Positions 9,968 through 20,185 of a stretch of DNA of 64,000 bases are shown piece by piece. How positions within the stretch are numbered: the stretch's first letter is position 1; each line of letters begins with the position of its first letter. Both the position numbers and the translations under genes were made by a program. The stretch is from the IMG/VR virus record IMGVR_UViG_3300044630_006584. One strand, written 5' to 3'. Source of the DNA: a virus. The notes under the pieces were generated by a model. It searched no databases, was not told where the DNA came from, and was given only the letters and a program-made list of their open reading frames with translations.

Positions 9968-10960
9968 ATGAGTAACTTGAATGACATTTTCAATCTTGAT
10001 GGCGACATGTTCGTAACCAAGACAAAATCTGGAGAATCTAAGGATTTGGAATTTTACAAGCCGTACCCCGAGGATGGTAAGGACGGTGTGTATAAAGCAC
10101 TTATTCGCTTCGTACCAAATCCTGCAGATCCTAAGAAATCTAAGGTCCATAAATACTATGTGTATTTGAACGACCCACAAAGCGGAGACGGCTTTTCTGT
10201 AGACTGCCCATCTACAGTTGGTAAGAAGTCTATTTTAAAAGACATCTTCTGGAAGCTTAAGAACTCTCACTCTGCTGCAGATCAGGAGTTGGCTAAGAAA
10301 TTCTCTAGAAAGGAAGACTATTATTCCTTAGTACAAGTAGTACAGGATAAGAATAGACCTGAATTAGAGGGTAAAATAATGATCTGGAAATTCGGTAAGA
10401 AGATCAATGATATGGTCGAGGCACAATTAAAACCAGAGTATGGTGACCCATGCAACCCATATGACCTATTCGACGGTAAACTTTTCGGAGTTAGCGTTAG
10501 AAAAGTTGGAGAATGGAACAACTACGATCTTTGTCAATTTGTAGGCGAGAGAGGACCAATCACCATCGATGGTAACAAGATGGAGAAAACACAAGAGGGA
10601 ATGAACAGTGTTCTTGAGTATTTGAAAACCGGTCCTCAGAATCTTGGATCTTTTGAATATAAGGAGTGGGACGATAATTTAACCGAAAAAGTAATGGGCA
10701 TCATCAGAAGCACAGTACCAGACGGAAGACTTATCAATGAAATCGTTAGCGGTGTATCCAATGCATCTTCTAATGCTTCATCAGGACCAGCTAAAGCACC
10801 TTTTAAAGAGGACAAAGCTACTAGCGAATCTTCCGACTTCTATGCTGAGGTAACAACAAACTCAGCTTCTATGAAGCCAAATTCAGATTTCTTAAAATCT
10901 GAGACACCTAAGAGTTCAGGTGGATCTTCTTCACTAGAAGATTTATACGCAGATCTATAA
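9968..10960 (+). CDS. gp32: Single-stranded DNA-binding protein (T4 gp32-like)
   Basis: ALIRFVP, CPSTVGK, FSRKEDYYSLVQVVQD, GKIMIWKFGKKI, NPYDLFDG, NYD, and an acidic tail LEDLYADL. Confidence 0.9.
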   Translation: MSNLNDIFNLDGDMFVTKTKSGESKDLEFYKPYPEDGKDGVYKALIRFVPNPADPKKSKVHKYYVYLNDPQSGDGFSVDCPSTVGKKSILKDIFWKLKNSHSAADQELAKKFSRKEDYYSLVQVVQDKNRPELEGKIMIWKFGKKINDMVEAQLKPEYGDPCNPYDLFDGKLFGVSVRKVGEWNNYDLCQFVGERGPITIDGNKMEKTQEGMNSVLEYLKTGPQNLGSFEYKEWDDNLTEKVMGIIRSTVPDGRLINEIVSGVSNASSNASSGPAKAPFKEDKATSESSDFYAEVTTNSASMKPNSDFLKSETPKSSGGSSSLEDLYADL

Positions 10961-10975
10961 GATTTAAAATAATAG

Positions 10976-11009
10976 CAACCGGGGAGCTTGAGTTCTCCGG
11001 TTGTTTTTT
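10976..11009 (+). terminator. Rho-independent terminator after the SSB gene
   Basis: CAACCGGGGAGC-TTGA-GTTCTCCGGTTG followed by a T-run. Confidence 0.8.
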
Positions 11010-11014
11010 GTCCA

Positions 11015-12079
11015 ATGGAACCTAGTAAAATAGAATCACTCGTCAGGGAAGTCCTCAGTAGGGAATTCCCAGGATCCCCTAGTAAACAGAGGATATACCC
11101 TTCGGGAAACCGTCTTAATTTCTCGTGCCCATATTGCGGAGACTCTAATGACGCCAGAAAGAAGAGGGGTAACTTCTATATGGACACTCAGGCCTATAAA
11201 TGCTATAATGGAGGATGTGGAGTTTTTAAATCCTCCTTATCCTTCTTTAATGAATTCGGGGTTTATGGAAAATTATCCAGAGAAGAGATTTCCGAGATCA
11301 AGAAGATACTGGATGAAAATAGAGATAAGAGAAGACCGATAATAGGCTCTACTGATATCTCCATGTTCTTCGAAGATGACATCAACAAGTTCATTATACC
11401 CAGATCACAATTTATGGAAAGCCTGGGTTTAAAGGATGTAGCTGGTCAACCTATAGAAAGATACCTAAGGAAGAGATACCAGTCTGTAGACAATAGATTT
11501 GCATGGGATCCTAAGAAGGAGAAGCTATTCCTTTTCAATCTTAACAAGGAAGACAAGATAATTGGGCTTCAGCTGAGAAATATGAATTCAATAAAGGGGT
11601 CGTCCAAGTATCTGACTTATAAGCTAAGTGGAATATGGGAAAAACTTCTATTCTGTAAGGACAGTGAATTCTTGGATGGCTGTCGAAAAATAGATCCTAT
11701 CTCATCTGTTTTTAATGTCGCTACAATTGACTTCGGAGATGATATAACAATATTCGAAGGACCGATGGATTCCTGGCTTTGGAAAAATTCAGTGGGACTT
11801 TGCTCGGTTGAAAATAGATTCCCGTTTGATGTCGAAAATATTAGATTCTGGTACGATTGGGATAAGGCTGGACTTAACAAATCCATAGAGTTGCTCACGT
11901 CTGGATTTAAGGTGTTTAACTGGGGAAAATTTTTGGAAGATCACACTATAACAAAGAATAGAAAATGGGATTTGAATGATCTTGTCATCCATCTGAGAAA
12001 GACTGGTAAGAAGATCAGAAGATTCGAAAATTACTTTACTGACGATGTATTGGACTTGGGATACTTTATCGATGGATGA
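11015..12079 (+). CDS. gp61: DNA primase (T4 gp61-like)
   Basis: Zn finger NFSCPYCGDS...YKCYNGGC; TOPRIM IFEGPMDS and YDWD; probable start is ATG 11015 because the listed TTG lies inside the terminator. Confidence 0.85.
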   Translation: MEPSKIESLVREVLSREFPGSPSKQRIYPSGNRLNFSCPYCGDSNDARKKRGNFYMDTQAYKCYNGGCGVFKSSLSFFNEFGVYGKLSREEISEIKKILDENRDKRRPIIGSTDISMFFEDDINKFIIPRSQFMESLGLKDVAGQPIERYLRKRYQSVDNRFAWDPKKEKLFLFNLNKEDKIIGLQLRNMNSIKGSSKYLTYKLSGIWEKLLFCKDSEFLDGCRKIDPISSVFNVATIDFGDDITIFEGPMDSWLWKNSVGLCSVENRFPFDVENIRFWYDWDKAGLNKSIELLTSGFKVFNWGKFLEDHTITKNRKWDLNDLVIHLRKTGKKIRRFENYFTDDVLDLGYFIDG

Positions 12080-12302
12080 TCCAAACGAGATCCGCGATAA
12101 AATGGAAGAATGGGAAAATAGAATTGACGATGACTCGCATCCCAAATTTAAATTCCCCTTGGAAATTAAGGATTCTGACCTTGATGTGTTAAACACCGAT
12201 ATGAAAGAGCCTGACGTGAAAAAACCTCAGGATAAAAAGAAAACAGTGGTTATTAAAACCATAGAAAATAAAAATAAGAAAAACAAAAAAAGTTTATTCT
12301 AA
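12072..12302 (+). CDS. Hypothetical protein
   Basis: ATG overlaps the primase stop; stop abuts the next gene. Confidence 0.5.
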   Translation: MDDPNEIRDKMEEWENRIDDDSHPKFKFPLEIKDSDLDVLNTDMKEPDVKKPQDKKKTVVIKTIENKNKKNKKSLF

Positions 12303-12751
12303 TGGAAAAAGAGGAAAAGCAAGAAGACTATAAGCAAATGTTTGATAGGGAAAGAGAAGAGTGGAGAGAAAAAATACAGTCTGTAGCACTTAATCTAAAA
12401 GACATAAGAACGGTTGCAAAAGCACAGGTCGATCTTTTTGGATACAGACAAATGCTTCTTGAATACAGCTTTAAATTAGCCGGTATAGTATCTAAGCTTA
12501 ATGCTAAGTACAGGGAGAGTAAATCTGCTAAGCTAAAAGAATACTCTGAGAAGACCGATGTTAGATACGGGTCTAACGAGAAGACTGTTCTAATTGAGGG
12601 TGATTTAACAGCTTTGGTTGAAAAAATAGAACTCGTAGAGGGACATAGAAAATTCATGGACCAGACGGTTCAAACCGTGGATCATATGTTATATGGAATC
12701 CGCCAAAGGATAGCTCTCGAGGAATATCTGAGAGGGAGTACGGTAAAATAA
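12302..12751 (+). CDS. uvsY: Recombination mediator UvsY-like
   Basis: Helical 149 aa protein upstream of UvsW; IEGD...KIELV...FMDQTVQTVDHMLYGIRQRI pattern. Confidence 0.6.
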   Translation: MEKEEKQEDYKQMFDREREEWREKIQSVALNLKDIRTVAKAQVDLFGYRQMLLEYSFKLAGIVSKLNAKYRESKSAKLKEYSEKTDVRYGSNEKTVLIEGDLTALVEKIELVEGHRKFMDQTVQTVDHMLYGIRQRIALEEYLRGSTVK

Positions 12752-12786
12752 TCTCTATTTTATTCCATAGAGGAGATACATATGAC

Positions 12787-13479
12787 ATGGATTATTATGT
12801 TTATGTCTATCTAGATCCCAGAAGTCCTGGGTTTTACCAATATGGAGAATATAATTTTGATTATGAGCCTTTCTATATAGGAAAGGGAAGAAATTGGAGG
12901 TTTAGAAATCATTTATTAAAAGTTAAAAGAGGTAAATATCAGAATTTGCCAAAATTTCATACGATAAAACAAATATTGGAAGCTGGGATGGAACCGATAA
13001 TTATTAAATATATTGAAAATTTAAACGAATCAGAATCTTTTACCATAGAGGAGGATATGATTCAAAAAATTGGCAGGAGAGATCTAAAAAGGGGTCCTTT
13101 AAGAAATCTCAGTAATGGAGGAGAAGGTAACGGTAACAGAAAATTTACCGAGGAACATAGAAAAAATTTAAGTGCTTCTAAAAAAGGCGTAGTTACCGAA
13201 AATTTAAAAAGCCATCTTGCTAACCTCCATAAAAAATTAAAGGGAAATAAACATACGCTGGGGCTTAAATTTTCCCAGGATACTAAAAATAAAATGATAG
13301 CATCTAGGATAAAACCTATCCTTAAGATTTCCTTGGATGGGACAATTTTGGAGGAGTTTTCTTCCATAAAAGAAGCAATAGAAAAAACTAACATAAATCC
13401 AAAGACAGTTCTGAGAGGGATTGGAAAAACCGCGGGAGGATTTATCTGGGCCTATAAAGATAAAAAAAATAATGCTTAA
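12787..13479 (+). mobile_element. Free-standing GIY-YIG homing endonuclease with NUMOD3/NUMOD1-like C-terminus
   Basis: YYVYVY...FYIGKG...R...H; LRNLSNGGEG; FTEEHRKNLSASKKG; EFSSIKEA; sits between uvsY and uvsW. Confidence 0.85.
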
Positions 13480-14995
13480 ATTTATAGTATCTGACGATCA
13501 CCAATGGCTTGTCCTAACCCAGTCTCCTGACGAGGTTGAGAAGAAGCAAATTGAGATATCGATGACTAAGAAAATACACAACCACTTTTTCCATCCTTTG
13601 GTCAAGAAAAAAATATGGGACGGTAATGTCTGTTTCATAGAAAAGAAAGGACCATTCTGGAGAGTTCCTATAGGCTTGTGGAGAGAATTGATGCAGATAG
13701 GTGAAGAGTATAAAATAGAGATAGAGATAGACGGGCTAGCAAATATCATCAACCAGAAATTGACATTAGAAGAATTTACGGAGTGGTCTAATGAATTTTT
13801 TGATGATGCAGATAAAAAGCCCAGAGATTACCAGATAGAAACTGCATGGAAGATTATCAAATATAGATATTCTGTTTCAGAGGTAGCTACTTCCTCCGGG
13901 AAGACACTTATATCCTTTATGATATTCGCTTATTTGAAAAGCCAGGGCCTCATTAGGAAGTATATGATGATAGCACCTAATACTAACCTTGTCATACAGG
14001 CAAGTGAGGATTTTGATGACTATGGCCTACAGAAACTGGGGGTTAAAATACAACAGATCGGAGCAGGTAATAAACTAAGACCAGGATGTGATCTAATAAT
14101 AGGTACATTCCAGTCCCTAGTGAAACAGGAGGCTGAATTTTTCGAAGAAGTTGATGCTGTATTCGTGGACGAAGCACACCATACTAATTCAATGTCCATC
14201 AAGAAGATAGTAGCAAAATGCATGCATTCCCAATGGAGATATGGACTTACCGGTACTTTAACAAAAAGAGGAACAGCGGACTATTTAACCATACAGCAGT
14301 TTCTTGGTCCATTGGTTGTTGAGATACCACCTAGCTTCCTTTTTGAAAATAATTATGCAACCCCGATATCAATAAAGGTTGTCATTCTAGATTGGCTCGA
14401 GCAGGAATATAAGGACAAGCTATCCGAATTGAAGCTAAATCACGGTAATATAGAGGGAACAGAGATTTATAACGTTGAGAGGAGGATGGTTGTTGAATCC
14501 AAGAAGAGGATCAACTATATTGTTGACTTTATATCGAAAATCTCCAAAAATTCACTGGTCCTATTTCAGTCTGTGAAGGACGAATATGGCAAACAAATAT
14601 TCAATCTAATAAGAGATAAGAATAACGATAAGGAAGTTTTTTATGTTGATGGTGACACCGACGAGAATTTAAGGGAGGAGTATAAATCAAGAATGGGTTT
14701 CGGAGAGAATAGAATCTTGATAGCAACATACGGAACATTTGCGACAGGGATTTCTATTAACAATCTTCACAATATCTTTCTTGTTGAATCATACAAGAGC
14801 GAGGTCTTAATCAAGCAAAGCTTGGGAAGAGGAATGAGAAAAATGGAAGGAAAGGAGAAAGTTAACGTGATAGACTTTGTTGATGATTTCAGTAGTCCCA
14901 AATATCAGAATTATCTAATGAAGCACAGCCTTGTTAGAATCGAGATCTATAAAAGAGAAGGATTTTCTTATAAAGTATTCAAGGTTAAGCTTTAG
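13472..14995 (+). CDS. uvsW: SF2 DNA helicase UvsW
   Basis: PRDYQ, ATSSGKT, DEAHH, GLTGT, ATYGTFATGISI, QSLGRGMR; probable start ATG 13472. Confidence 0.9.
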   Translation: MLKFIVSDDHQWLVLTQSPDEVEKKQIEISMTKKIHNHFFHPLVKKKIWDGNVCFIEKKGPFWRVPIGLWRELMQIGEEYKIEIEIDGLANIINQKLTLEEFTEWSNEFFDDADKKPRDYQIETAWKIIKYRYSVSEVATSSGKTLISFMIFAYLKSQGLIRKYMMIAPNTNLVIQASEDFDDYGLQKLGVKIQQIGAGNKLRPGCDLIIGTFQSLVKQEAEFFEEVDAVFVDEAHHTNSMSIKKIVAKCMHSQWRYGLTGTLTKRGTADYLTIQQFLGPLVVEIPPSFLFENNYATPISIKVVILDWLEQEYKDKLSELKLNHGNIEGTEIYNVERRMVVESKKRINYIVDFISKISKNSLVLFQSVKDEYGKQIFNLIRDKNNDKEVFYVDGDTDENLREEYKSRMGFGENRILIATYGTFATGISINNLHNIFLVESYKSEVLIKQSLGRGMRKMEGKEKVNVIDFVDDFSSPKYQNYLMKHSLVRIEIYKREGFSYKVFKVKL

Positions 14996-15006
14996 CGCTA
15001 ATTTTT

Positions 15007-15014
15007 GATATATA
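15007..15014 (+). promoter_or_regulatory. Representative GATATATA late-type promoter
   Basis: Same octamer is intergenic and upstream of genes at 8818, 20919, 27842, 34524, 42826, 47455, 58893 (+) and 26310, 58819 (-); resembles T4 late TATAAATA. Confidence 0.65.
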
Positions 15015-15029
15015 GAATAAAAATTTCTT

Positions 15030-15584
15030 ATGAAAATCAAGAATTTTGACCGATTCATATCGGAGAATAGAAGATATTATAGTTCAGATCAGAGATACGG
15101 TCCTTTAAAGGGGAAGCTTTCCATTTTCAAGGACAGAGAAAGATCTAGCGATATAGGAAACTGGTTAGAGGATATAAAGGGAAGGGTTAAGAGTGAGATG
15201 GTAGCCAGAGCGGATAGACCAGGAAAGACTAAAAATCTAGGAGATCCTTTGGGAGTTTTAGGTTCGATATCTGGTTTTCTTCTTAATCTAGGAGCTGGAG
15301 TTAGCGATGCCCTTTTCGGAGACGCTAAAAAAGGAGAAGACTATAAAAAGAGAAGCAAAGAGGATTTAGACAGATGGGAAAGAAAAACATTTAGCGGGGA
15401 TCAGAAAAAAGTTACAGATAAGGATGCTGCTAGTTTTTACATGAATGGTGTGGAAAGAGGCAAGAAAATTTTCGGTAAAGACTTCGATCCAGACAAACCA
15501 AAGACTGAGGAAGAGAAAAGATATGCTGAGGATCTATACGATGCAACATCGAGATATTACGGTAGAATAAATCAAAAGAGATAA
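15030..15584 (+). CDS. Hypothetical protein with capsid-targeting-like N-terminus
   Basis: MKIKNFDRFISE; GATATATA at 15007-15014. Confidence 0.6.
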   Translation: MKIKNFDRFISENRRYYSSDQRYGPLKGKLSIFKDRERSSDIGNWLEDIKGRVKSEMVARADRPGKTKNLGDPLGVLGSISGFLLNLGAGVSDALFGDAKKGEDYKKRSKEDLDRWERKTFSGDQKKVTDKDAASFYMNGVERGKKIFGKDFDPDKPKTEEEKRYAEDLYDATSRYYGRINQKR

Positions 15585-15591
15585 AGAGATA

Positions 15592-16518
15592 ATGAGATTA
15601 AAAAATTTCGTTGAGTTTAAGAATGTATCTGAAGGCGGGAAGGCTATTAAAAGCGCTAGACCAATCAGACAGGACGAAGCTATGAAAACTATAGAAAATA
15701 TAAAGGAGGTTTTATTACCTCTTTTAGATCTTGATTCCTATAAAGAGGGAAAGGATTATATTTTTATAGGCTCAACTGGAAAAAAGAAAAATCCAGAGGA
15801 CACGTCCGGTGATATAGATCTTGGATTTAACGGAAATTATTTTGCTACCAAGCATGGCATATCATTTAAAGAGTGCTCAAAGACTCTCATGGATATGCTA
15901 AGTCCCGAACTACCTAAAGTTCTTGGATTTGAGCCTGAAATGAATAATCTATCTGGACTGAATATACTTAGTGTAGCTTGGCCAATAGCTGGTGATGCAA
16001 ATAACGGGTTTGTTCAATTGGATCTTATGCCTCTTCAAAATATGGAATGGGCGAAGTTTATCTATTATTCACCTGATTATAGAACGGACGAAAGCCAGTG
16101 GAAATCTGCTCATAGGAATTGGCTTTTGAGTGCAGCTCTTGTTGCAAGGAGGGAGATATTGGCTAATGATGAGCAAGGTGAGGTTTTAGATTACAGAACA
16201 CCTGCTTTGATCCTGCCTAGTGGTTTATACCTTCAAACCAAAAGCTTTAGAGGTAAATTAAAGCCAAGATTAAAAAATGCCCAGAAGATTCCAGGAACGG
16301 AGGAATTCATAACAGACGATCCTCAGGAATTTATAAATTATGCTCTTGGACCAGGGTACAGCGAGAATGATGTTAAAACATTCGAAAAAGTTTTATCTAT
16401 AATGACTTCTCCGAATTTCAAATATAAAGAATTTCTTCCCCAGATAAAGGAGAAGTTTATACAATTACTAAATAGAACAGATTTACCAGTTCCACCTGAG
16501 ACAGAAAAATTAGGTTGA
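15592..16518 (+). CDS. Pol-beta-superfamily nucleotidyltransferase
   Basis: IGSTGKK...SGDIDL motif and a later VQLDLM third acidic residue. Confidence 0.75.
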   Translation: MRLKNFVEFKNVSEGGKAIKSARPIRQDEAMKTIENIKEVLLPLLDLDSYKEGKDYIFIGSTGKKKNPEDTSGDIDLGFNGNYFATKHGISFKECSKTLMDMLSPELPKVLGFEPEMNNLSGLNILSVAWPIAGDANNGFVQLDLMPLQNMEWAKFIYYSPDYRTDESQWKSAHRNWLLSAALVARREILANDEQGEVLDYRTPALILPSGLYLQTKSFRGKLKPRLKNAQKIPGTEEFITDDPQEFINYALGPGYSENDVKTFEKVLSIMTSPNFKYKEFLPQIKEKFIQLLNRTDLPVPPETEKLG

Positions 16519-16558
16519 AACAAAAGTAAATTTTAAGTTAAAATTAAAAAGCGAATTT

Positions 16559-18499
16559 ATGTCGAGTATTTCCCATCTACAGGATCTTTACCACAAAAAA
16601 GGGAACGAGTTTATCAACAATCTCTTTAGCTCCTTCGTGACAGTGAACGAAAAGATGGACGGTTCTGCGTTCACATTTGAACGCGATATCGATAATGGTA
16701 AGTTTAAGTTTTATAAAAGGGATCAAAGAAATCCCATCACGATGGTTGACCGAACCATTATGAAGTACTACGAGAAACCCATACAGTACATAGAGTCACT
16801 TCCGCCCCACATAATACAATTGATACCAAGAGGATGGAGATTTGGATTGGAATATTTCTCTTCACCCCAGCCACTTGAGATTGCTTACGATAGAGTGCCG
16901 AATAACAATCTCATTCTTTCATACGTCCATAAATTGGATAACGGTAGAGCAAAGTCAACTATACAGAGTAAAGAGGATCTAGATAAATGGGCTGATTTAC
17001 TGGGAGTGGAAAAACCTCCTATTATTTTTCAGGGGAAATTAACAGATGGCCAAAAAAGAAGTATCCTTGAGTTTATAAACACACCATTCTCTGATCTAAT
17101 AGAGGAATTTAGAACAAAGAGCTTTGTAGCTTACATAGTTGGTGTTTTAAATCCTAAATTGGAAAAGACAGCATTGAATAATGATCTAGAAAAGGCAATC
17201 GAAGGTATAGTATTTAGATTTGGCTCTGATGAGGAAGGTGAAGAACCTGTTTTAGCAAAAATGGTAGATCCGCTTTTCACCGAGCTGGCAAAGAGTAAAT
17301 ATGTCCAGAAGAAAGAAACAAAGCCTAGCGATTTCCTAGTTATAACTGTTCTAGATGTTATGAACTTCATACTAGAAAAGGGAGTTGGTAGTTTTGATTT
17401 TAAGGGGAAGACCGAAGACGAAAGATATCTTTCTTTCATTTCCGATGTGTTTGTTAACTTCTTAGATGAGTATAAGGAGAAGTACAGCGAAACTGATTTC
17501 GAGGAACCTGAATATTTAAAGAAGGACGAGTTTAGAGTCAATAAGAAAATGGTTCCAAATAGAGCTGCTCTTGCCTATATAGAAGAAGATGATGCTTTCG
17601 AATCCCTATATAAATTGATTGTTAACCAGTTTAGAAAAATAAAAAAGAGAGCTGGTGGAATAATAAATCAGGATTTCATAGATCAGTTCAATTCAGTCGT
17701 GAAAGAGATAGAGGAAGCTATTTCTGAAAAAGAGGCTAAGAAAATAAACGAATCAGAGATACCTTCTTTTAATGATTTCAAATCTAAATTTAGAAAGAAA
17801 GTGGAGTATGTCACCGAGGAATCAGATAACGAGTCTGAAGAACCCCAACCATACGGCGAAACTTTCTCGCAATTCATATCAGATCTTGAGCATATAGACA
17901 CAAAGGAAGTTAAAAATGTAGCTCCGCTAGAAGAGGATTCTAATAAAGATGAATTAAAGCCAATTAATATTATCGTTGGCAGATTCCAACCTTTCCATAA
18001 AGGTCACTTAGCAATGGCGAAAGAGCTAAAAGAGGAAAATGATTTACCATCTATAGCTATTGTAGTCTACCCTGGCCACAATAAATCTGGCAAATCCCCA
18101 TTCGACGAGAATGTTATAAAGACTTACATGGAGTCTGTTGTTAGAGAATACCCGGATTTGCTGAGTGGATTTCTAATTGTCAATAAAGGTCTTTTAGGTA
18201 TTATAGCTGGAGAGGTTAGAAACATAGGCTATAGAATAGAGTTAATAGGAGCGGGTGAAGATAGAGTTGATGATTATAACAAGCAAGTAGATTACCTGGT
18301 TAAAGCGGGCAAGGAATTTCCAACCACTACAAAGATCTTTAAAACTAAAAGAATAGCTAGCTCAAGTGAGGTAAGAGATAAACTCAAGAATGAGGATTTC
18401 ACAGCATTTAAGAAGTTAGTACCACCTTGCGTCGCTTCATTATACGCAACCCTTGTTTCTGGGGTACATAACGGATTAAAACAAAGTTCTAAAAAGTAA
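16559..18499 (+). CDS. ATP-dependent (RNA) ligase-like domain fused to a HIGH-family NMNAT/cytidylyltransferase domain
   Basis: N-terminal EKMDGS (motif I), LEYF, EGIVF (IV), AKMVD (V); C-terminal GRFQPFHKGH, GEDR, ASSSEVR. Confidence 0.75.
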   Translation: MSSISHLQDLYHKKGNEFINNLFSSFVTVNEKMDGSAFTFERDIDNGKFKFYKRDQRNPITMVDRTIMKYYEKPIQYIESLPPHIIQLIPRGWRFGLEYFSSPQPLEIAYDRVPNNNLILSYVHKLDNGRAKSTIQSKEDLDKWADLLGVEKPPIIFQGKLTDGQKRSILEFINTPFSDLIEEFRTKSFVAYIVGVLNPKLEKTALNNDLEKAIEGIVFRFGSDEEGEEPVLAKMVDPLFTELAKSKYVQKKETKPSDFLVITVLDVMNFILEKGVGSFDFKGKTEDERYLSFISDVFVNFLDEYKEKYSETDFEEPEYLKKDEFRVNKKMVPNRAALAYIEEDDAFESLYKLIVNQFRKIKKRAGGIINQDFIDQFNSVVKEIEEAISEKEAKKINESEIPSFNDFKSKFRKKVEYVTEESDNESEEPQPYGETFSQFISDLEHIDTKEVKNVAPLEEDSNKDELKPINIIVGRFQPFHKGHLAMAKELKEENDLPSIAIVVYPGHNKSGKSPFDENVIKTYMESVVREYPDLLSGFLIVNKGLLGIIAGEVRNIGYRIELIGAGEDRVDDYNKQVDYLVKAGKEFPTTTKIFKTKRIASSSEVRDKLKNEDFTAFKKLVPPCVASLYATLVSGVHNGLKQSSKK

Positions 18500-18503
18500 C
18501 TGA

Positions 18504-19589
18504 ATGCAGGTTTCAAAAGGAAAACCTAAAAAATCAGAAACGCCGGAGGATATAGTTGCTTTAGAAATAGAGCAATGTAAATCTATTCTTGGTTCCATGT
18601 CCGATAGATTGGAGAAATTTGATTTATCCGGTGTAGACGAAGCCGGGCTCAGAAAGCTGAAAAAACTAATAAAGAATATAAAAAGCTCTTCCTCTCTTGT
18701 AGATATTATACACGATAATAATAAGAGATCTAGCCAGATTATAGAAACACTATATAAAGTATTCTTTAGCAGGTCTAACGAGGATTCGCGTATTATGTTC
18801 AGAAAGGGATACGTTGAGGATTTCTACATTAATCTAGATCCTGCTACCTTAGATACCATAGAGAAAAGATTCATTAAAAAACAGCCAATCAAGGGGTCTA
18901 TAAGTTTCTCCGATGCTGTAAAGAACGGTACAACTGATATAGGATGGATTGATAGTTTTAATGGAATCTCTAGAAAAGACCTGAAGGAGATTTATACTAT
19001 AGATGCCTACTTTCCAAGCGGTAAAAGAAGAAGAGGTAAGGGTGAAACTCTTTCTTGTCTTTCTTTTGGTGGCTTTATCAACAATGAGAGGGGAGCGGAT
19101 GTTTTTATAGACGGCAATCGTGTTGAAGTAAAGTCTACTATAAGCGCATCTATTACCAGCGAGGATAATCTGGTATCCCCTAAGATTAAGCAGTTTATAG
19201 ATCTGTCATATAGGATAAGTGGCAAATCAAAAAAGAAGGAGAAAACATACGGTAAGAGATCCCTGAATCTTCTCATAGCTAAGATAAAATCTAGTCAAGT
19301 AAAGGCAAACGAGTTCTGGAAGAGATTTCACCAGATAGTTGGATTTAGGACCGACCGTGATCCGGATAAGATAGTTCCAATATTAATATGTCATCAGATA
19401 GAGCATTACTCTAAGCCAGAGAACTTTAACACGATGATAATCTATAGTGAGAATACAGGGGGATTTCCAGATGCCCTTTCCGTTCTAGTGAAGAATGAAT
19501 CATTTGTAAACGATCGAAACATAGAGATACTTAACGACTTGAATATATACTTCAGGGTTTATCCCAATAAGGTAGAAATATTTTTATAA
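18504..19589 (+). CDS. PD-(D/E)xK restriction-endonuclease-fold protein
   Basis: GKGE...ADVFIDGNRVEVKS motif. Confidence 0.6.
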   Translation: MQVSKGKPKKSETPEDIVALEIEQCKSILGSMSDRLEKFDLSGVDEAGLRKLKKLIKNIKSSSSLVDIIHDNNKRSSQIIETLYKVFFSRSNEDSRIMFRKGYVEDFYINLDPATLDTIEKRFIKKQPIKGSISFSDAVKNGTTDIGWIDSFNGISRKDLKEIYTIDAYFPSGKRRRGKGETLSCLSFGGFINNERGADVFIDGNRVEVKSTISASITSEDNLVSPKIKQFIDLSYRISGKSKKKEKTYGKRSLNLLIAKIKSSQVKANEFWKRFHQIVGFRTDRDPDKIVPILICHQIEHYSKPENFNTMIIYSENTGGFPDALSVLVKNESFVNDRNIEILNDLNIYFRVYPNKVEIFL

Positions 19590-19590
19590 A

Positions 19591-20133
19591 ATGGCTTCAA
19601 TTAAAAAATTTAATGAATTCTTAGAATCTGTTTTCGAGTCCGATGGATTTGGAACAAAACCCTTTCTTTTAAGGAAAGAAAAGGACATCTTTAACTATCT
19701 CTTCTACATAGACACAGGAGAGGAAGGAAAACAAGATGCCTTTAGACTTATGATTGGTAAATACTCAAGCCATCAGGTTATAGATCAGCCTAAGAACTCA
19801 TATTGCGTGCTTAGCGTTAATAAGCTATCATCCGAACAACTAGAGGATATATCGGTAACCAAAGCTGATTTGCCACCTACGACATCCTCAGAGTTTAAAA
19901 TGTCGGAAAGCGAGGTATCTAGACTATTCGAAACCATTTCTAAATGTATTTTGGATTATCTGGAGTATAATGCTAAAGTATCTAAGATTTACGACGAGAT
20001 ACAGGATAATCTAGTTTTCTCCGGTGAAGGCACCTATATGGAATTTATGAAATCTATAATTATTTCATATTTAGGCGAAGATTGGAGTGTACAGGAGGGA
20101 GTTGATAAAAATTCAATTTTAATCTCCAGATAA
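19591..20133 (+). CDS. Hypothetical protein with capsid-targeting-like N-terminus
   Basis: MASIKKFNEFLESVFE. Confidence 0.6.
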   Translation: MASIKKFNEFLESVFESDGFGTKPFLLRKEKDIFNYLFYIDTGEEGKQDAFRLMIGKYSSHQVIDQPKNSYCVLSVNKLSSEQLEDISVTKADLPPTTSSEFKMSESEVSRLFETISKCILDYLEYNAKVSKIYDEIQDNLVFSGEGTYMEFMKSIIISYLGEDWSVQEGVDKNSILISR

Positions 20134-20185
20134 TTGAAACTTTTTTAAGTAATTTTCATATAAACTAATAAATAAATTAAAAACA

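Noticed and set aside
10988-11014. Listed upstream starts for primase (10988), second fibre gene (2894), uvsW (13421), glycosylase (24711) and GIY-YIG (58854)
   Set aside because: They fall inside terminators or upstream genes; downstream ATGs with A-rich or promoter context fit better
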